In this document: piece after piece, positions 24,984 through 33,123 of the stretch | Numbering within the stretch: position 1 is the stretch's first letter | Layout: every line of letters begins with the position of its first letter | Assembly: GCA_002305205.1 (NCBI GenBank) | Contig: DBQJ01000009.1 | Span: 31,818 to 64,940, forward strand | Length of the DNA stretch: 33,123 bases | From: a candidate division WWE3 bacterium UBA1397 | GTDB lineage: Bacteria > Patescibacteriota > WWE3 > UBA101185 > UBA10185 | Direction: 5' to 3' | The notes under the pieces: model-generated | Database searches by the model: none | What the model was told of the DNA's origin: nothing | Seen by the model: the letters and a program-made list of their open reading frames with translations, nothing else | Program-made: the position numbers and the translations under genes

Positions 24984-25535
24984 TTAGGCCTTTGAAATAT
25001 AACTACCGTCTCTAGTATCAATTTTAACTTTATCCCCAATCTTAATAAATGTAGGTACTTTTACTACAGCCCCGGTATTTATTGTTGCATCTTTGAATGT
25101 ATTTGTTACGGTATTTCCCTTATATCCCGGCTCCGTATATGTTATCTCAAACACCATTGTAATTGGCAGATCAATAGATATCGGAGAACCTTCAAAATAT
25201 TGGACTTGAACATTTTGGCCCTCCTGCAAGAACTTTGCACTGTCCCCCAGTAATTGGTCTGATATATTAAACTGTTCAAAAGAATCAGGATCCATAAATA
25301 TATAATTATTATCTTTATATAGATATTGGGCGTTCTTTCTAAACACATCGGCATCTTCAAATTTCTCAGTAGAAACACATCCTTTATCCATAACCTGCCC
25401 CGTAATTATATTTCTTATTCTTAATTTAACATTAGCACTTCCCCTTCCCACCTTTATGTGTTCATATTTAATTACCAGGTAGGGAAAGCCGTTCATTTTG
25501 AATACTGTTCCTGTTTTTAATTCTGTAGCAAGCAT
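24984..25535 (-). CDS. efp: Elongation factor P
   Basis: 183 aa with a KOW-like N-domain and two OB domains. The loop HIKVGRGSA aligns with HVKPGKG. Confidence 0.93.
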   Translation of the reverse strand: MLATELKTGTVFKMNGFPYLVIKYEHIKVGRGSANVKLRIRNIITGQVMDKGCVSTEKFEDADVFRKNAQYLYKDNNYIFMDPDSFEQFNISDQLLGDSAKFLQEGQNVQVQYFEGSPISIDLPITMVFEITYTEPGYKGNTVTNTFKDATINTGAVVKVPTFIKIGDKVKIDTRDGSYISKA

Positions 25536-25580
25536 AGTGGTGATTATATCACTATAATTTAATAATATACGTTAATTTAA

Positions 25581-25667
25581 TGGTGCCGTGGGTGGGAGTC
25601 GAACCCACACGGGATTAAATCCCAGTGGTTTTTGAGACCACCGCGTATACCATTCCGCCACCACGGC
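25581..25667 (-). tRNA. tRNA-Leu (anticodon CAA), type II with a long variable arm, CCA encoded
   Basis: Minus strand: GCCGTGG-TG-GCGGAATGGTATACGC-G-GTGGT-CTCAAAA-ACCAC-TGGGATTTAATCCCGT-GTGGG-TTCGACT-CCCAC-CCACGGC-ACCA. All four stems pair and the anticodon loop is CU-CAA-AA. Confidence 0.92.
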
Positions 25668-25727
25668 TTCTTTATATCTTTTACCCGTAGATAGAAGATA
25701 TCTTAGCATATTATATACTTTAGAAAA

Positions 25728-27074
25728 TCAGGGATTAAAACCTCTTGTAGTATCCACTTCATAAAATTTTGTGAATTCAGTTTTAAAGAATAAATCAATA
25801 TCTCCTGTAGGACCGTTTCTGTGTTTAGCAATATTTAATTTTGCACTTTGTCTGTCATCATCATTAGGCCTCCATAAAAACATAACAACATCTGCATCCT
25901 GTTCTATTGATCCTGAATCTCTCAAATCTGAAAGCTGAGGTTTCTTATCCCCTCCCCTCTGTTCAACCGCCCTGGACAACTGAGAAACTGCCAGTACGGG
26001 TACTTTAAGCTCTCTGGCTAAATTTTTTAAAGATTGGGATATTTTTGATACTTCCTGTACCCTGCTTTCTGCCTCAGGTGCTCTTATCAGCTGAAGATAA
26101 TCTACAATAATCAAATCAATCTTATTTTCCAGCATTAATCTTCGGGCTTTAGTTCTCATTTCTAAAACACTGATACCGGGTGTATCATCAATAAATATTG
26201 TTGCTTCGGCCAATTCCCCTGCTGCCTCTCCGTATTTTTCAAAATCCTCTTCTTCAAGGTTGCCTGTTGATATCTTCCATCCGTCAATACCTGCTTGTGC
26301 AGATATCATTCTATCCACTAACATTTCTCTTCCCATCTCTAATGAAAATATGGCTATTCCCTTTTTCTTTTCAACTGCAGCAAATTGTGCAAAATTTAAG
26401 GCTAAAGATGTTTTTCCAACTGATGGACGTGCAGCTAATATAATTAGATTTTCTTTCTGAAGTCCCGACAGCATACGATCCAATGTTTTTAAACCCGTTG
26501 GTACTCCCCTTAAAGATCCTCTATTTTTACTTAGTTCATCCAAACGCTCAAATGTAATTTCTAAAGTATCTTTTACGGGTATAAAATCCTGATAGACAAT
26601 ATTTTGAGATACTGAGTATAACAATTGCTCGGATTTGTCTAATAAGTCCTCAATATCACCCTCATCTAGTGCGATTTTTCCTATCTCAGATGATGCGGAT
26701 ATCAGTGTTCTTCGTGTTGAAGAGTCTCTTATCAGCCTGGCATATGCTTCAATGTTAGATGCTGTAGGAACTGAGTTTACCAACTCTGTAAGGTATGAAA
26801 CACCCCCAATATTTTCCAATTCCCCCATCTTTTTTAGTTCGGCAGGAACAGTTATTAAATCAGCAGGTTCTCTTTTCTCAAAAAGATTCATTATTGCCTG
26901 GAATATACTTTCATGAGCCTGTCTATAAAAATGGCGCGGTCTGAGAAACTCAACTACCTTTACTATAGAATCCTTATCTATAAGTAAAGACCCTAAAACT
27001 GACTTTTCCGCCTCTAAGTCATGAGGAGGTACATAAGCATTAATATTCATTTCAGATTTTCTTTGTCTGGGCAT
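25728..27074 (-). CDS. dnaB: Replicative DNA helicase DnaB
   Basis: PPHDLEAEKSVLGSLL, Walker A ARPSVGKTS, Walker B IIVDYLQL and SQLSR. 448 aa, no intein. Confidence 0.96.
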   Translation of the reverse strand: MPRQRKSEMNINAYVPPHDLEAEKSVLGSLLIDKDSIVKVVEFLRPRHFYRQAHESIFQAIMNLFEKREPADLITVPAELKKMGELENIGGVSYLTELVNSVPTASNIEAYARLIRDSSTRRTLISASSEIGKIALDEGDIEDLLDKSEQLLYSVSQNIVYQDFIPVKDTLEITFERLDELSKNRGSLRGVPTGLKTLDRMLSGLQKENLIILAARPSVGKTSLALNFAQFAAVEKKKGIAIFSLEMGREMLVDRMISAQAGIDGWKISTGNLEEEDFEKYGEAAGELAEATIFIDDTPGISVLEMRTKARRLMLENKIDLIIVDYLQLIRAPEAESRVQEVSKISQSLKNLARELKVPVLAVSQLSRAVEQRGGDKKPQLSDLRDSGSIEQDADVVMFLWRPNDDDRQSAKLNIAKHRNGPTGDIDLFFKTEFTKFYEVDTTRGFNP

Positions 27075-27079
27075 TTATT

Positions 27080-27730
27080 TTAGTGGGCAGGGTTTAGTAT
27101 AACAACTTGAGTATCATCCGGTACATCGGATTTACCCGATATTTTTAGTTTATCGTCTTTTTTTATATTATCCTCTACTCCCATCTCATCCAGAAATTTA
27201 TCCACACCATCAATATCTTTGATACCGGCTAAATCATTAGTTTTATAATGCATTGGTATAACATATCCCGGTTCAATTTCAGAAATTACCTCAGCGGCTG
27301 TTTCTGCATCTATAGTGTATTTCCCTCCTACAGGAACCATCAATACATCCACATCTGATATCTTTTCAAGTGTTTCTTTTGATAAACTATGGCCTAAATC
27401 TCCTAGATGAAGAAGTGTTAGTCCATCAATATCTATAAGAAATACTGTCATTTGGCCTCTCTCTTTTCCGTCTTTATCATCATGATATACAGGAATACCG
27501 TAGATAAACACTCCCTCAGTTTCGTATTCTCCAGGGGTATCAACCAAAAGTTTATATCCCGATACACCTTCAATATAATGATGATCAAAATGATTATGTG
27601 TAGAAAGAAGAATGTCACACTCTAACTTTGGAAGTTTATATCCTATCTTGGGATCATAAGGATCGATGACTAAAGTTACATCTTTTCCTTTTATCTTAAA
27701 ACATGAATGTCCTATGTATGTTATCTCCAT
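27080..27730 (-). CDS. MBL-fold metallo-hydrolase (UPF0173-like)
   Basis: MEITYIGHSCFKIKGK... and HNHFDHH. The ORF-track start is TTG 27760, and ATG 27730 matches the usual family N-terminus. Confidence 0.8.
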   Translation of the reverse strand: MEITYIGHSCFKIKGKDVTLVIDPYDPKIGYKLPKLECDILLSTHNHFDHHYIEGVSGYKLLVDTPGEYETEGVFIYGIPVYHDDKDGKERGQMTVFLIDIDGLTLLHLGDLGHSLSKETLEKISDVDVLMVPVGGKYTIDAETAAEVISEIEPGYVIPMHYKTNDLAGIKDIDGVDKFLDEMGVEDNIKKDDKLKISGKSDVPDDTQVVILNPAH

Positions 27731-27803
27731 GTTCTGTATGTTAACAAAAAGATATATCAATTAGAAGAGATAATATTCATAGACCTTAAGCATCTCCTTT
27801 GAT

Positions 27804-29129
27804 ATGATCATAACTATGGATAATACATCACTTCCTACGCAACCTTATAAAGGAGCCAGGGATTTCTATCCCGAAGATATGAGGATCAGAAACTATATAT
27901 TTCTGAAATGGAAAGAAGTATGCAAAAGATTCGGATATGAAGAATACGATGGTCCTTTTATCGAACCTTTTGAAATATATGCGGCTAAATCAGGGGAGGA
28001 ACTTGTTAATGAGCAAATATATTCCTTCATAGACAGAGGGGATAGAAAAGTGGCAATAAGACCGGAAATGACCCCAACTATAGCTAGAATGGTATCCCAA
28101 AGATACAGTGAACTGAATTATCCTATAAGATGGTTCTCAATACCTAATCTATGGCGTTATGAAAAACCTCAGAAAGGCAGACTTAGAGAACATTTTCAGT
28201 TAAACGTAGATATATTCGGTATAGACGGTGTGGAAGCAGATATTGAGATAATTCAGATTATTGTCAATCTTCTTAAAGAATTCGGAGCAGACAAGAACAT
28301 GTTTGAAATTAGGATGGGAAACAGAATACTCCTGGAAGATGTATTAAAGGATGCAAATATACCCTCTTCGAAGTTTAAAGATATAATGAAGGCAATAGAT
28401 AAACTAAAAAAGATATCTGTAGATGATTTTAAATATATTCTGAAAGAAAAAGCAGATCTCAAACCTAAAGAAATAGATTCTATCCTCAGTTTTCTTCAAT
28501 CATCCAATGAATATATTTTAAAAATGAAGGAAAAATCCCCGGGAGCAGAAGAAATTCTGAAAACGATGAAATTACTTAGATTGTCCGGTATAGAAAGTTA
28601 TGTTAAATACGATCCCTCTGTAGTTCGTGGATTGGATTACTACACCGGTAACGTATTTGAGTTATTCGATTTATCACCTAACAACTCAAGAGCTATGGCC
28701 GGAGGAGGAAGATACAATAACCTTGTTGAAGGATTTATCGGAAAAAGAATAAGCGGAGTTGGCTTTGGTATGGGAGACGTAACATTTAGAAATTTTCTTG
28801 AAAACTGGCATCTTCTTCCTCAAATTCCTCAGACAACTGAATTTCTCATTACCGTATGGCCTAAAGAAGATGGTACAAAATCAGACAAATATTTTAACGC
28901 ATCTTTAGAAACGGCTGATATTCTTAGAAAAAAAGGTAGAAATGTCATCCTATGGCTTGATGCAAATACAAAGATTGAAAAACAGCTTAAATTTGCTGAT
29001 AAAAAGAACATTCCGTATGCAGTAATTATCGGAGATGATGAGATCAATAATAAAAAAATTACACTTAAAGACATGAAAGAAATGAAACAGAAAAATCTCA
29101 GTATAAGTGAATTTATTAACATTATTTAG
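27804..29129 (+). CDS. hisS: Histidine--tRNA ligase
   Basis: Class II motifs: KGARDFYPEDM, RPEMTP, WRYEKPQKGRLREHFQ and GGGRYNNL. Has a C-terminal anticodon-binding domain. Confidence 0.93.
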   Translation: MIITMDNTSLPTQPYKGARDFYPEDMRIRNYIFLKWKEVCKRFGYEEYDGPFIEPFEIYAAKSGEELVNEQIYSFIDRGDRKVAIRPEMTPTIARMVSQRYSELNYPIRWFSIPNLWRYEKPQKGRLREHFQLNVDIFGIDGVEADIEIIQIIVNLLKEFGADKNMFEIRMGNRILLEDVLKDANIPSSKFKDIMKAIDKLKKISVDDFKYILKEKADLKPKEIDSILSFLQSSNEYILKMKEKSPGAEEILKTMKLLRLSGIESYVKYDPSVVRGLDYYTGNVFELFDLSPNNSRAMAGGGRYNNLVEGFIGKRISGVGFGMGDVTFRNFLENWHLLPQIPQTTEFLITVWPKEDGTKSDKYFNASLETADILRKKGRNVILWLDANTKIEKQLKFADKKNIPYAVIIGDDEINNKKITLKDMKEMKQKNLSISEFINII

Positions 29130-29158
29130 TTCCCATGTAGCAATATTACTTACTGCCG

Positions 29159-30175
29159 ATGAAAAGAAAAAAGCTACTTCAGAACAATCTTGCCGCACCA
29201 GCTGCTTTTCTCTTTGTAAATCTCATCTGGGGAGCGGCAAATCCCATTATTAAATACACCCTAGAATACATACCTCCTTTCACTTTCTTATTCCTAAGAT
29301 TACTAATAGTCTGTATTATACTTCTACCCTACGTATCTGCGCTTCTTCTTAAAAATAATATAAATAAAAAAGACTATCCTAATTTTATTCTGCTGGGGTT
29401 GTTATCCCAAAGCTCTATAGCAATAATATTTTTAGCACTTAAATACACTACTTCAATGGACGCAACAATCATCAGTATTATCGGAGGGGCAATGATTATC
29501 TATCTGGGACACAAATTGTATGGGGAGAAAATGAATAACTTTATTAAATACGGGGTATTTATAACCATAGCAGGAACATTGCTTACTGTTTTTGAACCTT
29601 TGGTCGGCAATAACCACAATAGTATCCCTACACATTACAGAGTAGCGGGAAATGCATTAGCAGTGATATATAACTTAACCTGGGTGGTATATGTGATCTG
29701 GTCCAAAATGAACTCTAATCCGGAAAAATTTAAAGGGGGTGTTAAGGTTATCCTCACCAAGTTTAAAATAAAACCGATGACTAAAAATTACCCTCCCTCT
29801 CTTATAGCTGTACTGAGCATGTATGTGGGATTATTTACAACCATACCCCTGGCTGTATTGGAAAACCTTGGTATCTTTGAAGCTAATACTTTTCTGATGA
29901 ACCAAATAGATATTCATGGAATACTTGGTTTACTGTATATGTCTCTATTCTCATCAATAGTAGCTTTTATACTATATCAATGGGCTTTAGATAAAGGAAG
30001 GGTATCGGAATCAGCGATATTTGGTTATTTAGGACCTGTTTTTTCATTTCCCATAGCCCATCTTCTACTGGGAGAGGTGCCGACTACATCTCTGATTATT
30101 AGTGCGGTTATAGTCGTTATTGGTGTAATTATTGCTGAAACGGGACAGCAGATAGTAAGCCGAAAACATACGTAG
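29159..30175 (+). CDS. EamA/DMT-family transporter
   Basis: 10 predicted TM segments in two EamA-like halves. Confidence 0.8.
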   Translation: MKRKKLLQNNLAAPAAFLFVNLIWGAANPIIKYTLEYIPPFTFLFLRLLIVCIILLPYVSALLLKNNINKKDYPNFILLGLLSQSSIAIIFLALKYTTSMDATIISIIGGAMIIYLGHKLYGEKMNNFIKYGVFITIAGTLLTVFEPLVGNNHNSIPTHYRVAGNALAVIYNLTWVVYVIWSKMNSNPEKFKGGVKVILTKFKIKPMTKNYPPSLIAVLSMYVGLFTTIPLAVLENLGIFEANTFLMNQIDIHGILGLLYMSLFSSIVAFILYQWALDKGRVSESAIFGYLGPVFSFPIAHLLLGEVPTTSLIISAVIVVIGVIIAETGQQIVSRKHT

Positions 30176-30225
30176 TTTTATACTGTTGAATACATCTGCC
30201 ATTATCTGATATACTCCTTGTCGCT

Positions 30226-30555
30226 ATGAAAAAGGATATACATCCAAAATTATATAAAGAGTGCGTTGTTACCTGTGCCTGCGGTAATACTTTTACTACC
30301 ATATCTGCCCTACCTTCTATATCGGTTGAAATATGCAGTGCATGCCACCCTTTTTATACAGGACAAAGAAGATTTGTAGATACGGAAAGAAGAATAGATA
30401 AATTTACCAAGAAAGCTAAAATTGCTGAAGAAAAGAAAAAATCTACTGAAGAACATAGAAAAAACAAGGAATCAAAGAAAGTTTCTTCAAAAACACCAAG
30501 AAAAGAACAGACAGTCAAAGAAATGCTTGATAAGATTAAATCGGAAGAAAATTAG
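30226..30555 (+). CDS. rpmE: 50S ribosomal protein L31 (Zn-ribbon type) with a Lys-rich C-terminal extension
   Basis: [10 protein letters not shown]..., CACGN...[11 protein letters not shown]. 109 aa against about 70 typical. Confidence 0.92.
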   Translation: MKKDIHPKLYKECVVTCACGNTFTTISALPSISVEICSACHPFYTGQRRFVDTERRIDKFTKKAKIAEEKKKSTEEHRKNKESKKVSSKTPRKEQTVKEMLDKIKSEEN

Positions 30556-30570
30556 ATAATAATCCCTTCT

Positions 30571-31587
30571 ATGACTATAGATAATAAATACTTACTGGAA
30601 GAGATATCCCGTATTGATAGAAGCATTGAAGACAATGTATTAGCGTTAGGAAAAGAATCAGACAAGGAGATTACAAAATTAATCAGTGAGGAAATTGATA
30701 ATCTCCAAAAACAAAAAACTCAGCTCATGGAAACTTTAAATTCTATGGATAATGACAAATACCCTGTGATAGATAATTCTTCGGGAAGTAATAAAAATCC
30801 GGATAATAATATTGACCCCAATACTGCCAATCTTGAAATTAGAGCGGGTACAGGAGGGGATGAAGCTGGACTTTTTGCTTCCGATCTTTACAGAATGTAT
30901 TACAGATTCGGTGAGAAGAATAATTGGAAATTCATTGAAATTTTTAGATCTGAAAATTCCGCAGGTGGGTTAAAAACCATATCAGCGGAAATAAAGGGTA
31001 ATAATGTGTTCAATATGCTCAAATATGAATCAGGTGTGCACCGCGTGCAGAGGGTTCCTGCCACAGAATCGGGGGGCAGAATACATACTTCAACAGCTAC
31101 GGTAGCTGTTTTACCAAGATTAAAAAAAATAAATCTGGAAATAAAACAATCTGATTTACAATGGGATTTCTTCCGTTCAGGAGGAAAGGGAGGACAAAAT
31201 GTTAATAAGGTATCTACTGCAGTCAGATTAACACATATTCCTACGGGAGTGGTTGTAGAATGCCAGGAGGAGAGATTTCAGGGTAAGAATAGAGAAAAAG
31301 CCCTAGAGATATTAAATTCCCGTCTTTATACCATGATGCAGGAACAGGAAGTCAAAAATATCAGTGAATTAAGATCCACACAGGTAGGAAGCGGTGAAAG
31401 AAACGAAAAGATAAGAACATATAATTTTCCTCAAAGCCGTGTCACAGACCACAGAATTAACAAATCCTGGCATGGTATTAATATGATTATGGAGGGAGAT
31501 ATAGGTAAAATACTTAACGAATGCAATTCCGGTATAAAGGAAAATAATTCAGTTATTGAGAATTCTGGGGGGATTCCCCAAGAGTAA
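30571..31587 (+). CDS. prfA: Peptide chain release factor 1
   Basis: PAT tripeptide (RVPATESGGRIHTS) and GGQ (SGGKGGQNVNK). Confidence 0.93.
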   Translation: MTIDNKYLLEEISRIDRSIEDNVLALGKESDKEITKLISEEIDNLQKQKTQLMETLNSMDNDKYPVIDNSSGSNKNPDNNIDPNTANLEIRAGTGGDEAGLFASDLYRMYYRFGEKNNWKFIEIFRSENSAGGLKTISAEIKGNNVFNMLKYESGVHRVQRVPATESGGRIHTSTATVAVLPRLKKINLEIKQSDLQWDFFRSGGKGGQNVNKVSTAVRLTHIPTGVVVECQEERFQGKNREKALEILNSRLYTMMQEQEVKNISELRSTQVGSGERNEKIRTYNFPQSRVTDHRINKSWHGINMIMEGDIGKILNECNSGIKENNSVIENSGGIPQE

Positions 31588-32731
31588 CTGTTATTGAAAT
31601 ATCTTTACCATCTCTGTCAACTATAAGGTCTATTTTATCCCCTACTTTGCTTGCAGATATATATTTTGATAGTGTGTTTTTGCCTGTTAGTTCTTTATCA
31701 TTGTATTTTTTAATAATATCTCCCCTTGATAAACCTGCTTTATCAGCAGGGGATTCCGATATTACACCCGCTATATAAGCACCCTCCGGAAGGTTATTCA
31801 ATACAGACATCTCCTTAGTTATCATTTGATAGGATACACCTATGTAAGGTTTAACGATCCTTCCCTCTTTTCTAAATCCTTCAAGAATAGGTTTTAATGT
31901 ATTTACTGGTATGGCAAAACTAATATTGTCTGCGTTGTATGTAGTAGCCACATTCACACCCACTACTTGTCCTGCTATATTTAACAAAGGTCCTCCTGAA
32001 TTACCCGGATTAAGTGCTGCATCCGTCTGAATTACATCCTCATATGTATTTACATCTCCAAAACCTCCCGATGCTTGAAGTTCTCTGGCTATGCCTGAAA
32101 TTACTCCTACCGTAACCGTATTTGAAAACTGACCCAATGCGTTGCCTATTGCTATTGCTTTCTGTCCAACTTTTATATCATTAGAATCTCCCAGTTCAAC
32201 AACAGGCAAACCTCTGGCTGAAATCTCAAGTATTGCTAAATCAGAATTTTCGTCTAAATGTATTTTATCTACTTTAAAGTTTCTTCCGTCTTTTAATACA
32301 ATCGAATACTCACCGTTAGGATTATCTACAACATGACTATTTGTGACAATAATACCCTTTGAATCAACTATAAATCCCGTACCAATACCACCTTCGTAAG
32401 TTGATAATCCGGAAAAGAAATCAAAATCAGTAGTTTTAACTACTATGGACACTACAGCAGGGGATACTTTCTCCACTACATCTATTACCGCAGACTCTTC
32501 TTGAACAACCTGCTGTTTTGTAACAACCTTCTCTTCTTCCTCTAACTTTTCTGAAAAAAGAAAATCTTTAATATAACCGGACAACTTTGTTCCTTTTCCA
32601 TCTATTCCTCCTGTATATTCATCTTTTAGATTACTCTTTCTATTGTTTGAAAATGAATAAAGAACAAATATTATGGATAGAAATACTGCAACCCACACTA
32701 CTCCGGCTATGATTTTTAATTTGCCTCTCAT
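31553..32731 (-). CDS. htrA: HtrA/DegP-family serine protease with a PDZ domain
   Basis: N-terminal TM. Catalytic triad contexts TNSHVV, DLAIL and GNSGGPL. PDZ segment SPADKAGLSRGDII. Confidence 0.9.
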   Translation of the reverse strand: MRGKLKIIAGVVWVAVFLSIIFVLYSFSNNRKSNLKDEYTGGIDGKGTKLSGYIKDFLFSEKLEEEEKVVTKQQVVQEESAVIDVVEKVSPAVVSIVVKTTDFDFFSGLSTYEGGIGTGFIVDSKGIIVTNSHVVDNPNGEYSIVLKDGRNFKVDKIHLDENSDLAILEISARGLPVVELGDSNDIKVGQKAIAIGNALGQFSNTVTVGVISGIARELQASGGFGDVNTYEDVIQTDAALNPGNSGGPLLNIAGQVVGVNVATTYNADNISFAIPVNTLKPILEGFRKEGRIVKPYIGVSYQMITKEMSVLNNLPEGAYIAGVISESPADKAGLSRGDIIKKYNDKELTGKNTLSKYISASKVGDKIDLIVDRDGKDISITVTLGESPQNSQ

Positions 32732-32753
32732 AGGATTATGATTTTAAAACATA

Positions 32754-33123
32754 TCAGAACTCTTTTGCAAGTTCCAATGCTTTTTCAAGTTGGGGATCGG
32801 CGCCGTCTTTTGTATTTTCTTCAGTAAGTTCTACTTTCTCATCGGGAGATAGTCCAATCTTATGAATCCATTCTTTTTTGGGAGTAAGCCACTTAGCCAC
32901 AGTTATATGAACACCCGCACCATCCGAAAACTCTTTAGCGTCTTGTATTGTTCCTTTGCCAAAAGAATTCATTCCAATTAGTTTAGCGCCGATGTTATCT
33001 CTAAGAGCTGCAGCAAGTATTTCGGATGCAGAAGCACTTCCCTGATCAATTAATACAAATACTGCAGGCACTTTTTGAAATATTCCTAATCTTGATGTTT
33101 CACGCGGGGTTTGATCACCCATT
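32754..33123 (-). CDS. S41 C-terminal processing peptidase, C-terminal part; the gene continues beyond the right edge
   Basis: VLIDQGSASASEILAAALRDN...GKGTIQ is the S41 Ser/Lys active-site region. The Met at 33122 is internal to the family domain. Confidence 0.85.
   Translation of the reverse strand, partial: MGDQTPRETSRLGIFQKVPAVFVLIDQGSASASEILAAALRDNIGAKLIGMNSFGKGTIQDAKEFSDGAGVHITVAKWLTPKKEWIHKIGLSPDEKVELTEENTKDGADPQLEKALELAKEF

Noticed and set aside
1-33123. Alternative genetic code (UGA recoded, as in some CPR lineages), inteins, and CRISPR arrays
   Set aside because: All conserved genes are full length under the standard code, and UGA terminates at least the oxidoreductase gene. GyrA, GyrB and DnaB have normal lengths with contiguous motifs. 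No regularly spaced repeat array was seen.

Overview
Gene-dense (about 90% coding), AT-rich segment, roughly one-third G+C by eye. It reads cleanly with the standard code: UGA is used as a stop (e.g. 13564-13566) and all housekeeping ORFs are intact. The style suggests a small-genome monoderm bacterium, plausibly Patescibacteria/CPR, but this is inference only. Supporting traits are a secretin-less type IV pilus cluster, shortened housekeeping proteins, Lys/Asn/Glu-rich tails and many overlapping or near-zero gene junctions.

Gene order:
- Minus strand: partial pilD, pilin, pilC, pilT, pilB.
- Plus strand: holB, gyrB, a DHH/DHHA2 phosphoesterase, gyrA, rnhB, an FAD-dependent oxidoreductase.
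- A convergence point with a strong terminator.
- Minus strand: a G+C-elevated 79-aa orphan gene, then a XerC/D-family tyrosine recombinase.
- An 880-bp ORF-free, repeat-rich gap (14965-15844).
- Minus strand: a polytopic membrane protein, ruvC, a short yebC.
- Plus strand: a TPR protein.
- Minus-strand operon: LytR_C/LCP-like protein, a membrane-anchored FtsK/HerA/VirD4-superfamily ATPase, a Lys-rich protein.
- Minus strand: RluA-family synthase, a short lspA, an Lgt-like::DksA/TraR fusion, efp, tRNA-Leu(CAA), dnaB, an MBL-fold hydrolase.
- Plus strand: hisS, an EamA transporter, rpmE, prfA.
- Minus strand: htrA and a partial S41 peptidase.

No CRISPR array, rRNA, transposase or recognisable defence genes were seen.

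The feature least explained by ordinary annotation is the recombinase-adjacent 880-bp gap. It contains an exact 12-nt inverted repeat pair bracketing 413 bp, an 18-bp palindrome merging into an 11-6-11 dif-like site, three direct repeats of a related 15-mer, a TTATCC/DnaA-box cluster and recurrent GGGTAGG motifs. Competing readings are a Xer/dif terminus module, an invertible segment, or an operator array with an ncRNA promoter. I cannot decide among them from sequence alone.

Secondary candidates are the membrane ATPase operon and the Lgt-like::DksA/TraR fusion with a truncated LspA. Nothing here is demonstrably a new system; all functional readings are flagged as inference.
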